Shown here: positions 53,555-63,334 of the stretch, in pieces
Layout of the letters: the number at the start of each line of letters is the position of its first letter
Numbering within the stretch: position 1 is the first letter of the stretch
DNA from: an uncultured Kiritimatiellota bacterium
Lineage (GTDB): Bacteria; Verrucomicrobiota; Kiritimatiellia; RFP12; UBA1067
Reading direction: 5' to 3'
DNA length: 64,000 nt
Assembly (NCBI GenBank): GCA_934675625.1
Contig: CAKURH010000005.1
Location: 125 to 64,124 of the forward strand
Notes under the pieces: generated by a model
Told to the model about the DNA's origin: nothing
What the model saw: the letters and a program-made list of their open reading frames with translations, nothing else
The model's database searches: none
Translations under genes and position numbers: made by a program

Positions 53555-54833
53555 CTACCTGCCGCGCGCCGAACTCCAGGCGCGCCAGCTCGCGAAGCTC
53601 CAGAAGCTCATCCCCTACGAATACGAGCGCGTCGCGCTCTTCCGCCGCCGCTGCGACGAGAAAGGCGTGAAGCCCCGCGACCTCGTCACGCTCGCCGACC
53701 TCGCGAAGTTCCCCTTCATGAAGAAGACGGATCTCCGCGACGAGTATCCGCTCGGCCTCACCGCCGCGCCGATGAAGGAGATCGTCCGCTTCCACTGCTC
53801 GTCGGGCACGACCGGCAAGCCCATCTGCATCCCGAACACGAAGAACGACATCGCCGTCTGGGCGGACGCGGCGGCGCGCTGCCTCGTCATGTTCGGCCTC
53901 TCCGACGAGGACGTCCTGCAGGTCAGCTACGGCTACGGGCTCTTCACCGGCGGCCTCGGCCTCCACTACGGCGGCGAGACGCTCGGCTGCGCGGTGCTCC
54001 CGACCTCGGCCGGCAACACCGAGAAGCAGCTCATGCTCATGAAGGACCTCGGCTCGACCGCCATCGCCTGCACGCCGAGCTACTTCCTGCACATCATCGA
54101 GATCGCCCGCAAGCTCGGCATCGACTTCCGCCGCGACACGCGGCTGCGCCACGGCATCTTCGGCGCCGAGCCATGGACGGACGAGATGCGCGCGAAGATC
54201 GAGGAGGCGACGGGCATCGTCGCGCACGACATCTACGGCCTCACCGAGATCTCCGGGCCCGGCGTCGCCGGCTCGTGCGGACACTGCCGGGGCCTCCACA
54301 TCTTCGAGGACCACTACTACCCGGAGGTCATCGACCCCGAGACGCTGGAGGTCCTGCCGGACGGCACGGAGGGCGAGCTCGTCTTCACGACGCTCGACCG
54401 CTTCGGCACGCCCATGATCCGCTACCGCACACGCGACCTGACGACGCTCCACGCCGAGACGTGCGCGTGCGGCCGCACCATCCGTTGGATGGACCGCATC
54501 AAGGCGCGGTCGGACGACATGCTGATCGTCCACGGCGTGAACCTCTTCCCGAGCCAGGTCGAGACCGCCCTTCTCTCCGTGGCCGAGGTCGAGCCGCACT
54601 ACCAGATCCTGCTCACGCCGACAGAGACGCTGGACCTCTTCGAGATCAAGGTCGAGCTGAAGCCGGAGGCATTCTCGGACAACATCCGCGAGATCGAGGC
54701 CCTGCGCAAGAAGGTCTTCGCCGCCGTCAAGCAGATCATCGGCCTCTCGCCGAAGATCACGCTCGTCGAGCCCGGCTCCCTGCCGCGCAGCGAAGGCAAG
54801 ATCAAGCGCGTGATCGATTTAAGGAAAAAGTAA
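53532..54833 (+). CDS. paaK: Phenylacetate-CoA ligase family (PaaK-like)
   Basis: Motifs FPFMKKTDLRDEYP, SSGTTGKP and YGLTE. ATG at 53532 chosen; the track uses a TTG at 53499. Overlaps the hisC 3' end by 23 nt. Confidence 0.85.
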   Translation: MNPISANDYLPRAELQARQLAKLQKLIPYEYERVALFRRRCDEKGVKPRDLVTLADLAKFPFMKKTDLRDEYPLGLTAAPMKEIVRFHCSSGTTGKPICIPNTKNDIAVWADAAARCLVMFGLSDEDVLQVSYGYGLFTGGLGLHYGGETLGCAVLPTSAGNTEKQLMLMKDLGSTAIACTPSYFLHIIEIARKLGIDFRRDTRLRHGIFGAEPWTDEMRAKIEEATGIVAHDIYGLTEISGPGVAGSCGHCRGLHIFEDHYYPEVIDPETLEVLPDGTEGELVFTTLDRFGTPMIRYRTRDLTTLHAETCACGRTIRWMDRIKARSDDMLIVHGVNLFPSQVETALLSVAEVEPHYQILLTPTETLDLFEIKVELKPEAFSDNIREIEALRKKVFAAVKQIIGLSPKITLVEPGSLPRSEGKIKRVIDLRKK

Positions 54834-54853
54834 AAAGGAAGAGGGAAGAAGTT

Positions 54854-55909
54854 ATGAAGGACTTCTTTCGCGGCGTTCGTCGGCACATCGGCAAGCTGGA
54901 TGCGGGGCATCTGCGCGAGCAGTATCTCCTCATGTCGAAGGAGCTCGAATCCGTCGACACGCTGCTGGACGCAATCGACCGCGGCATCGTCGTCCTCGAC
55001 GAGACCGGCGTCGTGACGCGCTTCAACCCGGCGGCGGAGACCCTGCTCGGCGCCGACCCCGCCGACGCACTCCGCGCGCTCGACATTCCCCTCGGCGTCG
55101 GCTCGAAGCGCGAAATCGCCGTCTCCTACCCGGAACGCCGCGCGCTGGAGCTCCAGACGATTCCGCTGCAGTCCGGCACGATCGTCTACATCCGCGACAT
55201 CACGGCCGAGAAGGCCCGCACCGAAGAGGAGCTGCGCGCGGGCGCGACGAAGGCCGTGCAGGATCTCGCCGCCGGCGTCGCCCACGAGATCGGCAACCCG
55301 CTGAACGCGATCTCGCTTTCGCTCCAGCTCATCGAGCGCGACCCGACGGACAAGGAGACGATCCAGACCTGCATGCAGCAGGTCAAGCGGCTCGACGGCA
55401 TCATCCGCGACTTCCTCGCCGCGCTCCGTCCGCACCGCCCGAACCTCCGGCCCGGCTCGCCGGTCGAGCCGCTTAAGCGCTGCCTCGACACGCTGCGCGA
55501 GCAGTTCGTCGAACGCAAGATCCGCGTCACGCTCAACGTGCCCGCCGCCCTGCCGGCGGTCGCGCTCGACGCGAACCAGATCGAGCAGGTCTTCTTCAAC
55601 CTCATCAAGAACGCGCTGGAGGCGATGAAGGACGGCGGCGCGATCACGATCACCCTGTCGGCGGACGACGAGACAGTCGCCGTCGCGTTTCGCGACACGG
55701 GCCTCGGCATGTCGGCCGAGCAGCTGGCGCACCTCTTCGAGCCCTACCGCACGACGAAGGAGAAAGGCACGGGCCTCGGGCTCATGATCTCGAAGCGCAT
55801 CGTGCGCGACCACGGCGGCACGATCGACGCGGTATCGGCCCCCGGCGAGGGGACGACGTTCACCGTGCGCCTGCCGCGCCTCGAAAAGCGCGTGCGCGAA
55901 CTTGGATAG
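54854..55909 (+). CDS. Cytoplasmic PAS-domain sensor histidine kinase (orphan)
   Basis: H-box AAGVAHEIGNPLN, N-box FFNLIKNALEAM, G-boxes DTGLGM and GTGLGL. No TM segment and no adjacent response regulator. Confidence 0.85.
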   Translation: MKDFFRGVRRHIGKLDAGHLREQYLLMSKELESVDTLLDAIDRGIVVLDETGVVTRFNPAAETLLGADPADALRALDIPLGVGSKREIAVSYPERRALELQTIPLQSGTIVYIRDITAEKARTEEELRAGATKAVQDLAAGVAHEIGNPLNAISLSLQLIERDPTDKETIQTCMQQVKRLDGIIRDFLAALRPHRPNLRPGSPVEPLKRCLDTLREQFVERKIRVTLNVPAALPAVALDANQIEQVFFNLIKNALEAMKDGGAITITLSADDETVAVAFRDTGLGMSAEQLAHLFEPYRTTKEKGTGLGLMISKRIVRDHGGTIDAVSAPGEGTTFTVRLPRLEKRVRELG

Positions 55910-58853
55910 GCAAGAGGCGGGCAGCGCGTGCGGCGACCGTTCCGTCGACGAGGACGAACAGCCCCGTGCCGAGGCCATAGCGTGTGCCGTCGCGATCCCA
56001 GATGACCGAAAGGTCGTGCCCGCGCCAGCGGACGCCCTCGACGCGCAGATACGCCCACGCCGGCGGGAACAGCGGCGCGACGACGAACGAACCGTCCCGC
56101 TGCGGACGGATGCCGACCAGTTCGCCCAGCACAAGGTCGCAGAAGGTCGAATGGTTGTAGTCCTTGCCGCGCTCCGGGATGCGGTTCCTTGGGTCGCGCG
56201 CGAGCATCGTGCGCGAAATCCAGTCGCCCGTGTCGGGATTCTGCACTTCGTCAATCCACGGCAAAATGCGCCCGTCGCCCGTGCGGCGCACGTGGGCGGC
56301 GGCGTAGCGGCGAAGCGCCGCGGTGAAGTCCGCCGCCGTCAAGGCCCCCGCCGTGCCGACGCGCAGCGCCTCGCCGAGCGCCGAGAGCGCAATCGAGGTC
56401 GCGTACGGCCACGACGGGCCGTTCCACTGGCAGGGATGGCCCGCATAGGAAATCGCGAAGCCGGGTGTGCGCCGTTCGGGGAACGTGAGCCCCCACGGCG
56501 CGGCGAATCCGTCCGAATCGGCGAACGGTTTCCACGCGGCTTCGTAGCCCTTCAGGTCGAGGCCGAAGTACCACGGCGCATAGCCGTGCAGCTCCTTCAC
56601 CGTGCCGCGCACGCCATTCGTCGCGACCGTCATGAAGAAGCTCCGTTCCGCATCCCACAGCCGCGCCTTGACCGCCGCCGCCAACGCCGCCGCCTTCGCC
56701 GTAAACCGCACCGCCGTGTCCGCGTCGTCCGCTTCTGTCGCAAGCGCGGCAATCGCCCGCGCCTCGCCGCACATCGCCGCATTCACGAGCGGACGCGCCC
56801 CGTCGCCCGCGAGCGCGAGTTCGGATCCCTCGTAGTTGCACGTCGTCTCGAAGAGTCCGTCCTTCAGTCCCATCGGGAACGTGCCCGTGCCGGGGAAGAC
56901 GCGGCAGTTCCAACCCTTCTCCCACGTCTCGTAGTTCCGCACGAGCGCCGTCAGGTGATTCGTCGCATGCGCGATGTCCCCTTCCATTTCGGCGAGCTTC
57001 AGCACGGAGTCGGCAATCCAGTTGACATACGCGCCCGGCCCGTTCAGGCGACCGCCGTCCTTCGGACGCAGCCAGAACGCCGCGTAGTCTTTGAGCGGCG
57101 TGCGGTCGCGCAGCCAGCGGCCTTCGCGAAAGTGATGGCCGAGTGCGCAGCTGATCGTGTTGTACCGCCCCGCCCAGCCGACATTCGGAAGGAACTCCGT
57201 GACGACCCACCCCTCCGGCGTGTGGCGCAGGTGCTTGCGGTAGGTCCACCAGCGGAAGTAGTAGGTTCGTTCGATGTCCGCGTCGGGGCACTCGAAGCGC
57301 GGCGCGTTCTTCAGGAGAAACGCCTCCGCCGCCGCGTTCGGAATGGTGTTCGTGTAGCATTCGTCATCCGCCGCATTGAACGCCCGCACGTAGTCCGCAA
57401 GTTTCGCGTCCAGAGCGGGTCGTTTGTTTTCCGGCTCGATTTCGATGAACGCGAATGACGCCGGGGCGAGGCGCAAGACGAGCGAACCGTCCGCCGCGAT
57501 CTCGCACGGCACTTCGGTGTAAAGGAGGTCGTCATCGACCACGTGGACGCGTGCCGTGCGGAGCGGACGCCCCTTGACCGAGACGCGCACGTCCTTTTCC
57601 GTACGATGCCAGTTGCCGTTCTCGTCATAGCGCGTGACGAGCAGGGCGAGGTCGCCCTTCGCGCCCTTCGCCGCCGTCGCGTAGGCATCGGACGATCCGA
57701 CTACGGTCGTCCTCACTTGCGTACCGAGCGCGGCGAGCCGCCCCCACGCGAACAGGGCGAAGTAGGGCGCACGCGGCTGGCCGCCGTAGAGCGAGAAGAG
57801 CCCGTTGTAGACCGTGCCTGGACTTGCGTCGTAGTACATGAGCATGTCCACGCGGTCGTCCTGCATCGCGCTCATGATCGCCGCGACCAGGGCCGCGCCG
57901 CGCGGCGAACCCATGAACGGCCCGAGCTCTCGGCGGTCGTTCGTCCAGTGCGGCGTGGCATTCCATTCGTCAAGGATCGATTCCGTCTGCCTGTAGCCGG
58001 CTTCGTCCAGCGCCTCCCGCACCCAACGGGCGCGCGTGCGGATGTCACTCGTCGGGCCGATCTTGCTCGTGTAGCAGTGCCACGAGAAGAAGTCCATCGG
58101 CACGCGGCGGCGCGCCATCTCGCGAATGAACCGCCGTCCCCAGTCCTCGCGGTAGGCAAGCGCCGGGCCGCCGATCTTCAGGTGGGGGAACGCCGCCTTC
58201 AGGTGCTTCGCGGCAATTTCATGGAAGTCGAAGTATTCCGCTTCCGTGCCGCCCCAGCACCGCTTGTCCGCCGCGTCGTCCGCATCGAGGTCGGCCTCGT
58301 TCCAGATCTCCCAGTAACGGACGTCCCAGCGGAAGCCGTCCGCCCAGCCCTCGTTGTAGTGGCGAATGATGCGTTCGCAGATTCGCGCCCATTTCGCGAA
58401 GTCCTTGGGCGGACGCGTCCCGTATTTCCGCGCCTGATGCTCAATGCTCGCGCCGAGGCGATAGAATATCTCGCTCCCGGCGGCGCGAATCTCGCCGAGA
58501 TACCTGTCGGTGCAGGCGAAGTCGTAGTTCGCGGGATCCGTCTCGTCCGCGTCGAAGTTCGGGAATACGACGTGGACGTCCACCGTATGGGGGCCGCCGT
58601 AAGCGTCGGAGAAGTTCGCGTCATGCGTGCGGGCGAACGGAATGCGCGCCCCCTTGAACCAGCGGAACGAACCGTCCGCACCCCTCGTCGGGCCGTTGTT
58701 CACGGCGTTCATCGGCTTGATCGGTCCGACTTCCGCCGCCGCATCGACGCTCACGCCGATTGCGCCCGCCGGCACGTCAAACGAGACAGCCGCCGGATTC
58801 GTGCCTTGCGCGGAAACGGTCGCGGCGAAAAGAAGCGAAGAAAGAATCATCAT
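55860..58853 (-). CDS. Secreted two-module glycoside hydrolase: clan GH-A (GH39-like) TIM barrel + C-terminal (alpha/alpha)6 GH63/MGH1-like module
   Basis: Signal peptide present. N-module motif RYWEIWNEADL. C-module motifs YYFRWWTYRKHL, HPCQWNGPSWPYATSIAL and DYNHSTFCDLV. The 3' end overlaps the convergent kinase gene by 50 nt. Confidence 0.75.
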   Translation of the reverse strand: MMILSSLLFAATVSAQGTNPAAVSFDVPAGAIGVSVDAAAEVGPIKPMNAVNNGPTRGADGSFRWFKGARIPFARTHDANFSDAYGGPHTVDVHVVFPNFDADETDPANYDFACTDRYLGEIRAAGSEIFYRLGASIEHQARKYGTRPPKDFAKWARICERIIRHYNEGWADGFRWDVRYWEIWNEADLDADDAADKRCWGGTEAEYFDFHEIAAKHLKAAFPHLKIGGPALAYREDWGRRFIREMARRRVPMDFFSWHCYTSKIGPTSDIRTRARWVREALDEAGYRQTESILDEWNATPHWTNDRRELGPFMGSPRGAALVAAIMSAMQDDRVDMLMYYDASPGTVYNGLFSLYGGQPRAPYFALFAWGRLAALGTQVRTTVVGSSDAYATAAKGAKGDLALLVTRYDENGNWHRTEKDVRVSVKGRPLRTARVHVVDDDLLYTEVPCEIAADGSLVLRLAPASFAFIEIEPENKRPALDAKLADYVRAFNAADDECYTNTIPNAAAEAFLLKNAPRFECPDADIERTYYFRWWTYRKHLRHTPEGWVVTEFLPNVGWAGRYNTISCALGHHFREGRWLRDRTPLKDYAAFWLRPKDGGRLNGPGAYVNWIADSVLKLAEMEGDIAHATNHLTALVRNYETWEKGWNCRVFPGTGTFPMGLKDGLFETTCNYEGSELALAGDGARPLVNAAMCGEARAIAALATEADDADTAVRFTAKAAALAAAVKARLWDAERSFFMTVATNGVRGTVKELHGYAPWYFGLDLKGYEAAWKPFADSDGFAAPWGLTFPERRTPGFAISYAGHPCQWNGPSWPYATSIALSALGEALRVGTAGALTAADFTAALRRYAAAHVRRTGDGRILPWIDEVQNPDTGDWISRTMLARDPRNRIPERGKDYNHSTFCDLVLGELVGIRPQRDGSFVVAPLFPPAWAYLRVEGVRWRGHDLSVIWDRDGTRYGLGTGLFVLVDGTVAARAARLLPIQVRARAFRGAAGAR

Positions 58854-58864
58854 GTCAAACGCCT

Positions 58865-61800
58865 TTAGAAGTCAATCCAGTCATGGTGAAGATAGCCGTC
58901 CGCGCCAAGACCGTCGTTCTCGTAGACGAGCGTCCGTGCGGCCACGCCACCTCCGGACGGCAGGCGAATCTCAGCGCGGTAGCGCGTGTGCGTTCCCTCC
59001 CGTCCGAGACGCGTCGCCCACGTGCGGCGCACGTTGCCGTCCGAATCGCGGATCTCGACGGCCGCCGAATCGCCGTCCTCCGCCCCGAACGCCGCGCGCG
59101 GCGCGGCGTCAATGTCGTCCGTCACGTCAATGTCCACGGCCAACGAATCGCCGGCGCGCGCATAGCGAATGACGGCGGAGAGGTCGTTCGCGTCCTTCCA
59201 AAGCCGCACGACGGACGCAGGGTCGGGGTCGGCCTCGTAGTACTGGCGCATCGCCCCGACCGTGTCAAGCGTGACCGTGACGGGCGCGTGCGAGACCGTC
59301 TTCGGCGCACGCGGACGGCGGGCGGAAGCCGTCGCATCCGCCATCTCGGCCCCTTCCAGCGCCAGTGCCGTCGGCAGGACGCCCGGCGTCCAGACAACCG
59401 TACCATCCGCAACCGGCAGCACACGGCGGTTGCCCATGAGATCAACGGTCTCGGCGCGCGCCGCATCGGTCTTCACGCGCACCGGCTCGACGGCGACATC
59501 GAGACCGTCCCAACCGAAGAGGACGATGCGCCGCTGCGCCGCGCCCGCCGGACTCCTGACGCGGAACGCGAACCGTGCCGCGCCGTCGTGGTCGTTCCCC
59601 TCCTCGAAGAGAATGCCGTCGGCGACCAGGCCCTCCGCCAGCGCGGTCAGCGCGGAGAACGCCGCATAGCCCGCGCGGGGATGCCAGTCGGCCGTCATCA
59701 GCCCGTAGGCGCTTTCGACGCCCGCAGCGTCCCACCCCGTCGCGCGCAGGTTGTACCAAATGTAGTCCGTCGAACCGTGCGCCCAGGCGTAAAGCGGCTT
59801 CTTCCAGACGACCGTCGCGACTTCCTTCTCCAGTCCGCCGTAGCGGGACATCGCCGTCTCGTTCGAGAACCACGGCACGGACTCAATCCCCAGCTCCTTC
59901 CGCATCCGCTTCAGGTTCGCGACGCGCGGCACGTAGTTGCGGAACGAGCCGTGCAGGTGGACGGCGTGGACGTCATAAAGCCCTTTCGCCCGCGACATGA
60001 AATCCTCGATGAAGCCCGGCTGAGGGGCGCGTCCCGGCGGGAACTCGGACGAGACCGCACACGCCCAGCCGTTCACCGACACGCAGGCATCGGGGCACCC
60101 CGCCTTCAGCCCTTCCCAGGCTTCGCGCTGAAGCCGCAACGCCTCGTCAAGTCCGAACACGTTCTTCGGGATGAGATCCCATTCGTTGCCGATTTCATAG
60201 TAGTCGATCTTCGTGCCGTAGCGCGCGGCGATCCGCTGGCAGTGCCGCCTGAACAGTCCCGGCGCGGGCGGAATGTCATTCGTGCGGTTGCCGTCCGGCT
60301 CGTTGCGGCGTTCGGGCGCGCGCGCCCACCTCGTCGGCTGGTAGACGAGGGAGTCGATGGCGATTCCGTCCGCGCGCAGCTGCTCGACCCAGCGATCCTG
60401 ATCCTCCCAGTGCGGCTTGTCGAATCCCTCCCAGTGGATCTGCTCGAACGAGGCGACGTTCGAGCGGAGAATCTTCGCGCCGCACGCCACGAGCGCCGCG
60501 CGCGTCTGCGCGCGCACCCCCTCGTCGTAAGGCGGATAGCTCTCATGCAATCCGATGCGGTAAAACGGCTTCGGGAGAAACGGCGTCACGACATGCCGGT
60601 CAAGGAACGCGAACGCCGTCTCGTGCGCCGCACGCGAGCCGTCCGTCCCCTCAAGATCGCATCGCACGTTCCAGATGCCGCGTCCCGGAAGCGGCCACGG
60701 CAAGGCAACGCGCGCCGTTTCGCCGGGAGCGGCCTTCACGTCGAACCGCGTCGCGAACGTCCGCCCGAAATAGTCCTCGCCTCGCACGGCGCCCGTCCAC
60801 GCAAGCGGCGAATCCGACGGATTGCGCACCGTCAGGAACGGACGCTCGTCGTCGCCGCGCGTGATGTGCAGGGGATTGCCCGTGTCGACGTCGATGACCG
60901 CCGCATGCGCCGAGTCGGTCGCATGCTCCGCGAAGAGGCCCGTGAGCGCAAGCCGTCGCCGCGTCGGGCCCGAGGACAGGGAAATCGTCATTTCCGCAAA
61001 GCGGTAGAGCGCATTCGTCACCGCAAATCGCATCTCGTGCGCCAGCGGACAGGAGAACGTCGACCGCGTCCGCCCCGGAACGTCGGCGAGCACTAGGTCA
61101 AAGCGGCCTTCGAGCGGATGCCCGTCGAGGTCGGCCAACCTCACGACGAACGCCCCCGGCCCCTGCACGGGACGCAACCCCGGCGAAAGGAACGGACAGG
61201 CATCCACGCGAATCGTCCGCGCGTCCGTTTCAAAGACGGCCGTGTCGCGACCCGGCACAGCGGCGACGCGCCTCCAGGACACGGTCGCGGGCCCGGCGGT
61301 CACGCGGAACTTCGTGCCGGAGCAGTCCGTCTCGAACGCCTCTTCGCGCACGGTTATCGCCTGCGGCTCCAGATTCAGTCGTCCGAGCGCCGGGAAGAAC
61401 AGCCGCTCGAACGCATCGCGGCGCGCGAGCCAACCCGACTTGCCGCCCGTCCCGACGGCGAACAGCGCCCACGCGCGCCCGTCGGCCGCCCATATCGCGC
61501 CCGGCGCCAGCACAAGCGGCGTCTGCGCATCGACCGTCGTGAAGCGGAAGCTCGCCAGCGCGTGGGCATAGTTCTTCTGCGCATCGTAACTTGCGCCGAA
61601 GTAGTCCGCGAGCGGCGCCGCCGAGAGGGCGCCCGCCCAGGCGCCGTCCGGCGCGACCCATCCCGCCGCCCGCAGCGGCTTCCAGAGGATCGTCTGATCC
61701 CAGCGCTCGTTCTGCGGCTCGGCGACGGACGCGAACGGCGGCACGTGGCGGAAGCTGAGGCTTTCGATCATCACGGGCGCGTCGGACAGGTTGACGACCG

Positions 61801-63319
61801 CGACGACCTCGCCGAAGAACGCGTTGTCAAACCCCTTCGCCCGCCAGCGCGTGACGACAGCCGCCGCGAATCCCGCCGTGCGCGCCTCGTTCGTGACGAC
61901 GCGTGCGCCGTCCAGCTCGACGAACGCCCCCGTCTCGCGGTCGGCGAGCGTCCAGCGCAGCCCGCCGTCCGGCTTGCGCCACGTGAACGCGAGGGCGACG
62001 GGTTCGAGGGCGCGTTCACGCCCGCCCGTCTCCAGCTTCGCGCGCGCCGCGTCCGCACGCGGAAAACCCCGGTCGCCCGGTTCGCGGCGCTTCAGCCGCG
62101 TCCCCGCGCAGTGCTTCTCCAGCAGCGTCGGATTGAGCTGCGTGAACATCTTCGTCAGCTGCGGATACGGCGCACCGTCCAGATTGACCAGTCCCCAGTT
62201 GCAGTCTTCGAAGTTGCCGCCCCGGTTCGGCACGTTGTCGCGGTAGCGGAACCAGCTCGCGCCGACGAGGAACGGCCACGACGCGAACTCGCCGAGTATG
62301 GCCGCCGCCGCGCGCGTGCGCTCCTTCTGCGTGCGGAAGCGTTCGCCCACCGCCCGCAGACAGGGCAGCCCCGAATCGATCGCGCTCGTGCCCCACTCCG
62401 TCACCAGCATCGGACGTCCGCAGTCCGCGTGCCGCGCCGCCACCAGCGTCCGCAGGTCGCGTCCGTTCCAGAAGTCGCACCCCGACTTCACCCAGTTCGC
62501 GTCCAGATCGACCCACGGATAGACGTTGAACGAGACGACGTCGCAATACTTCCCCGCCGCGACCCACGCCTCGCGCGGCCCGCCCAGCCCCGCGAAGCGG
62601 ATGCCGAGGATGAGGTGGTTCGGGTCTTCCTTCCGCAGCGCCTCGGTCGCGACGCGGAAGAACCGCTCGCAGATCTCCGCGACGAACGCACGGCGCACGG
62701 CTTCCGGCGCGTCCGCGACCGTCGTCTGCCGCACCCGCACGAAGTCCGCGAGCGCCCGGCGCGCCGAATGCGTCTCCGGCAGCGCGGCGACGGCGCAGAA
62801 GAGGCCGTTCGTGTCGTTGCCGAACGCGCCCGCGCCCCACCACTTGAGCTCGTTGTCGAGGTCGTAGCCGACGAAGTTCGGGTCGTCCTTCACGGACGCG
62901 GCAGCAACCTTCGCCATCTTCGCCGCGCTGGCCGGCCACTTCGGCGAGAACACGTTCGGGAACGCCGAGCACGGCACGTGCGTGCCGCGCATCGGGAAGA
63001 TCGAATCGTCGGGATCGCCCGACGTCGTCAGGCCCTCCGACAGCCAGGCGATGACCGAATAGGGCAGGCCCTTCGTCCGCAGCGCGGGGACAGGCCCCGC
63101 GCCGAGGAAGTTGAAGTTCCACGCCGTCAGGTTGCGGACGACGTCGTTCTCCCAGTTCGTGTTCGCGAACTCGTGCGGTTGCTGCTTGAACAGGTGCTCG
63201 ACGCCGATCAGGAACGTCGGCGTGCCGTCCGGTCGCACGAACGTGCTGACGCCGTCGACGCCTGTCGTGACGGAGAACCAGCCGGCGGCAATCAGGGCGG
63301 AGGCGGCGAAAGCGATCAT
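58865..63319 (-). CDS. Very large (1484 aa) multi-module glycoside hydrolase with two clan GH-A-like TIM-barrel regions
   Basis: N-terminal module motifs NFVGYDLDNELKWWG and MLVTEWGTS. The second module has IDYYEIGNEWDL. GGAGGA SD upstream. Confidence 0.65.
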   Translation of the reverse strand: MIAFAASALIAAGWFSVTTGVDGVSTFVRPDGTPTFLIGVEHLFKQQPHEFANTNWENDVVRNLTAWNFNFLGAGPVPALRTKGLPYSVIAWLSEGLTTSGDPDDSIFPMRGTHVPCSAFPNVFSPKWPASAAKMAKVAAASVKDDPNFVGYDLDNELKWWGAGAFGNDTNGLFCAVAALPETHSARRALADFVRVRQTTVADAPEAVRRAFVAEICERFFRVATEALRKEDPNHLILGIRFAGLGGPREAWVAAGKYCDVVSFNVYPWVDLDANWVKSGCDFWNGRDLRTLVAARHADCGRPMLVTEWGTSAIDSGLPCLRAVGERFRTQKERTRAAAAILGEFASWPFLVGASWFRYRDNVPNRGGNFEDCNWGLVNLDGAPYPQLTKMFTQLNPTLLEKHCAGTRLKRREPGDRGFPRADAARAKLETGGRERALEPVALAFTWRKPDGGLRWTLADRETGAFVELDGARVVTNEARTAGFAAAVVTRWRAKGFDNAFFGEVVAVVNLSDAPVMIESLSFRHVPPFASVAEPQNERWDQTILWKPLRAAGWVAPDGAWAGALSAAPLADYFGASYDAQKNYAHALASFRFTTVDAQTPLVLAPGAIWAADGRAWALFAVGTGGKSGWLARRDAFERLFFPALGRLNLEPQAITVREEAFETDCSGTKFRVTAGPATVSWRRVAAVPGRDTAVFETDARTIRVDACPFLSPGLRPVQGPGAFVVRLADLDGHPLEGRFDLVLADVPGRTRSTFSCPLAHEMRFAVTNALYRFAEMTISLSSGPTRRRLALTGLFAEHATDSAHAAVIDVDTGNPLHITRGDDERPFLTVRNPSDSPLAWTGAVRGEDYFGRTFATRFDVKAAPGETARVALPWPLPGRGIWNVRCDLEGTDGSRAAHETAFAFLDRHVVTPFLPKPFYRIGLHESYPPYDEGVRAQTRAALVACGAKILRSNVASFEQIHWEGFDKPHWEDQDRWVEQLRADGIAIDSLVYQPTRWARAPERRNEPDGNRTNDIPPAPGLFRRHCQRIAARYGTKIDYYEIGNEWDLIPKNVFGLDEALRLQREAWEGLKAGCPDACVSVNGWACAVSSEFPPGRAPQPGFIEDFMSRAKGLYDVHAVHLHGSFRNYVPRVANLKRMRKELGIESVPWFSNETAMSRYGGLEKEVATVVWKKPLYAWAHGSTDYIWYNLRATGWDAAGVESAYGLMTADWHPRAGYAAFSALTALAEGLVADGILFEEGNDHDGAARFAFRVRSPAGAAQRRIVLFGWDGLDVAVEPVRVKTDAARAETVDLMGNRRVLPVADGTVVWTPGVLPTALALEGAEMADATASARRPRAPKTVSHAPVTVTLDTVGAMRQYYEADPDPASVVRLWKDANDLSAVIRYARAGDSLAVDIDVTDDIDAAPRAAFGAEDGDSAAVEIRDSDGNVRRTWATRLGREGTHTRYRAEIRLPSGGGVAARTLVYENDGLGADGYLHHDWIDF

Positions 63320-63334
63320 CGTCCGATTCCTCCG

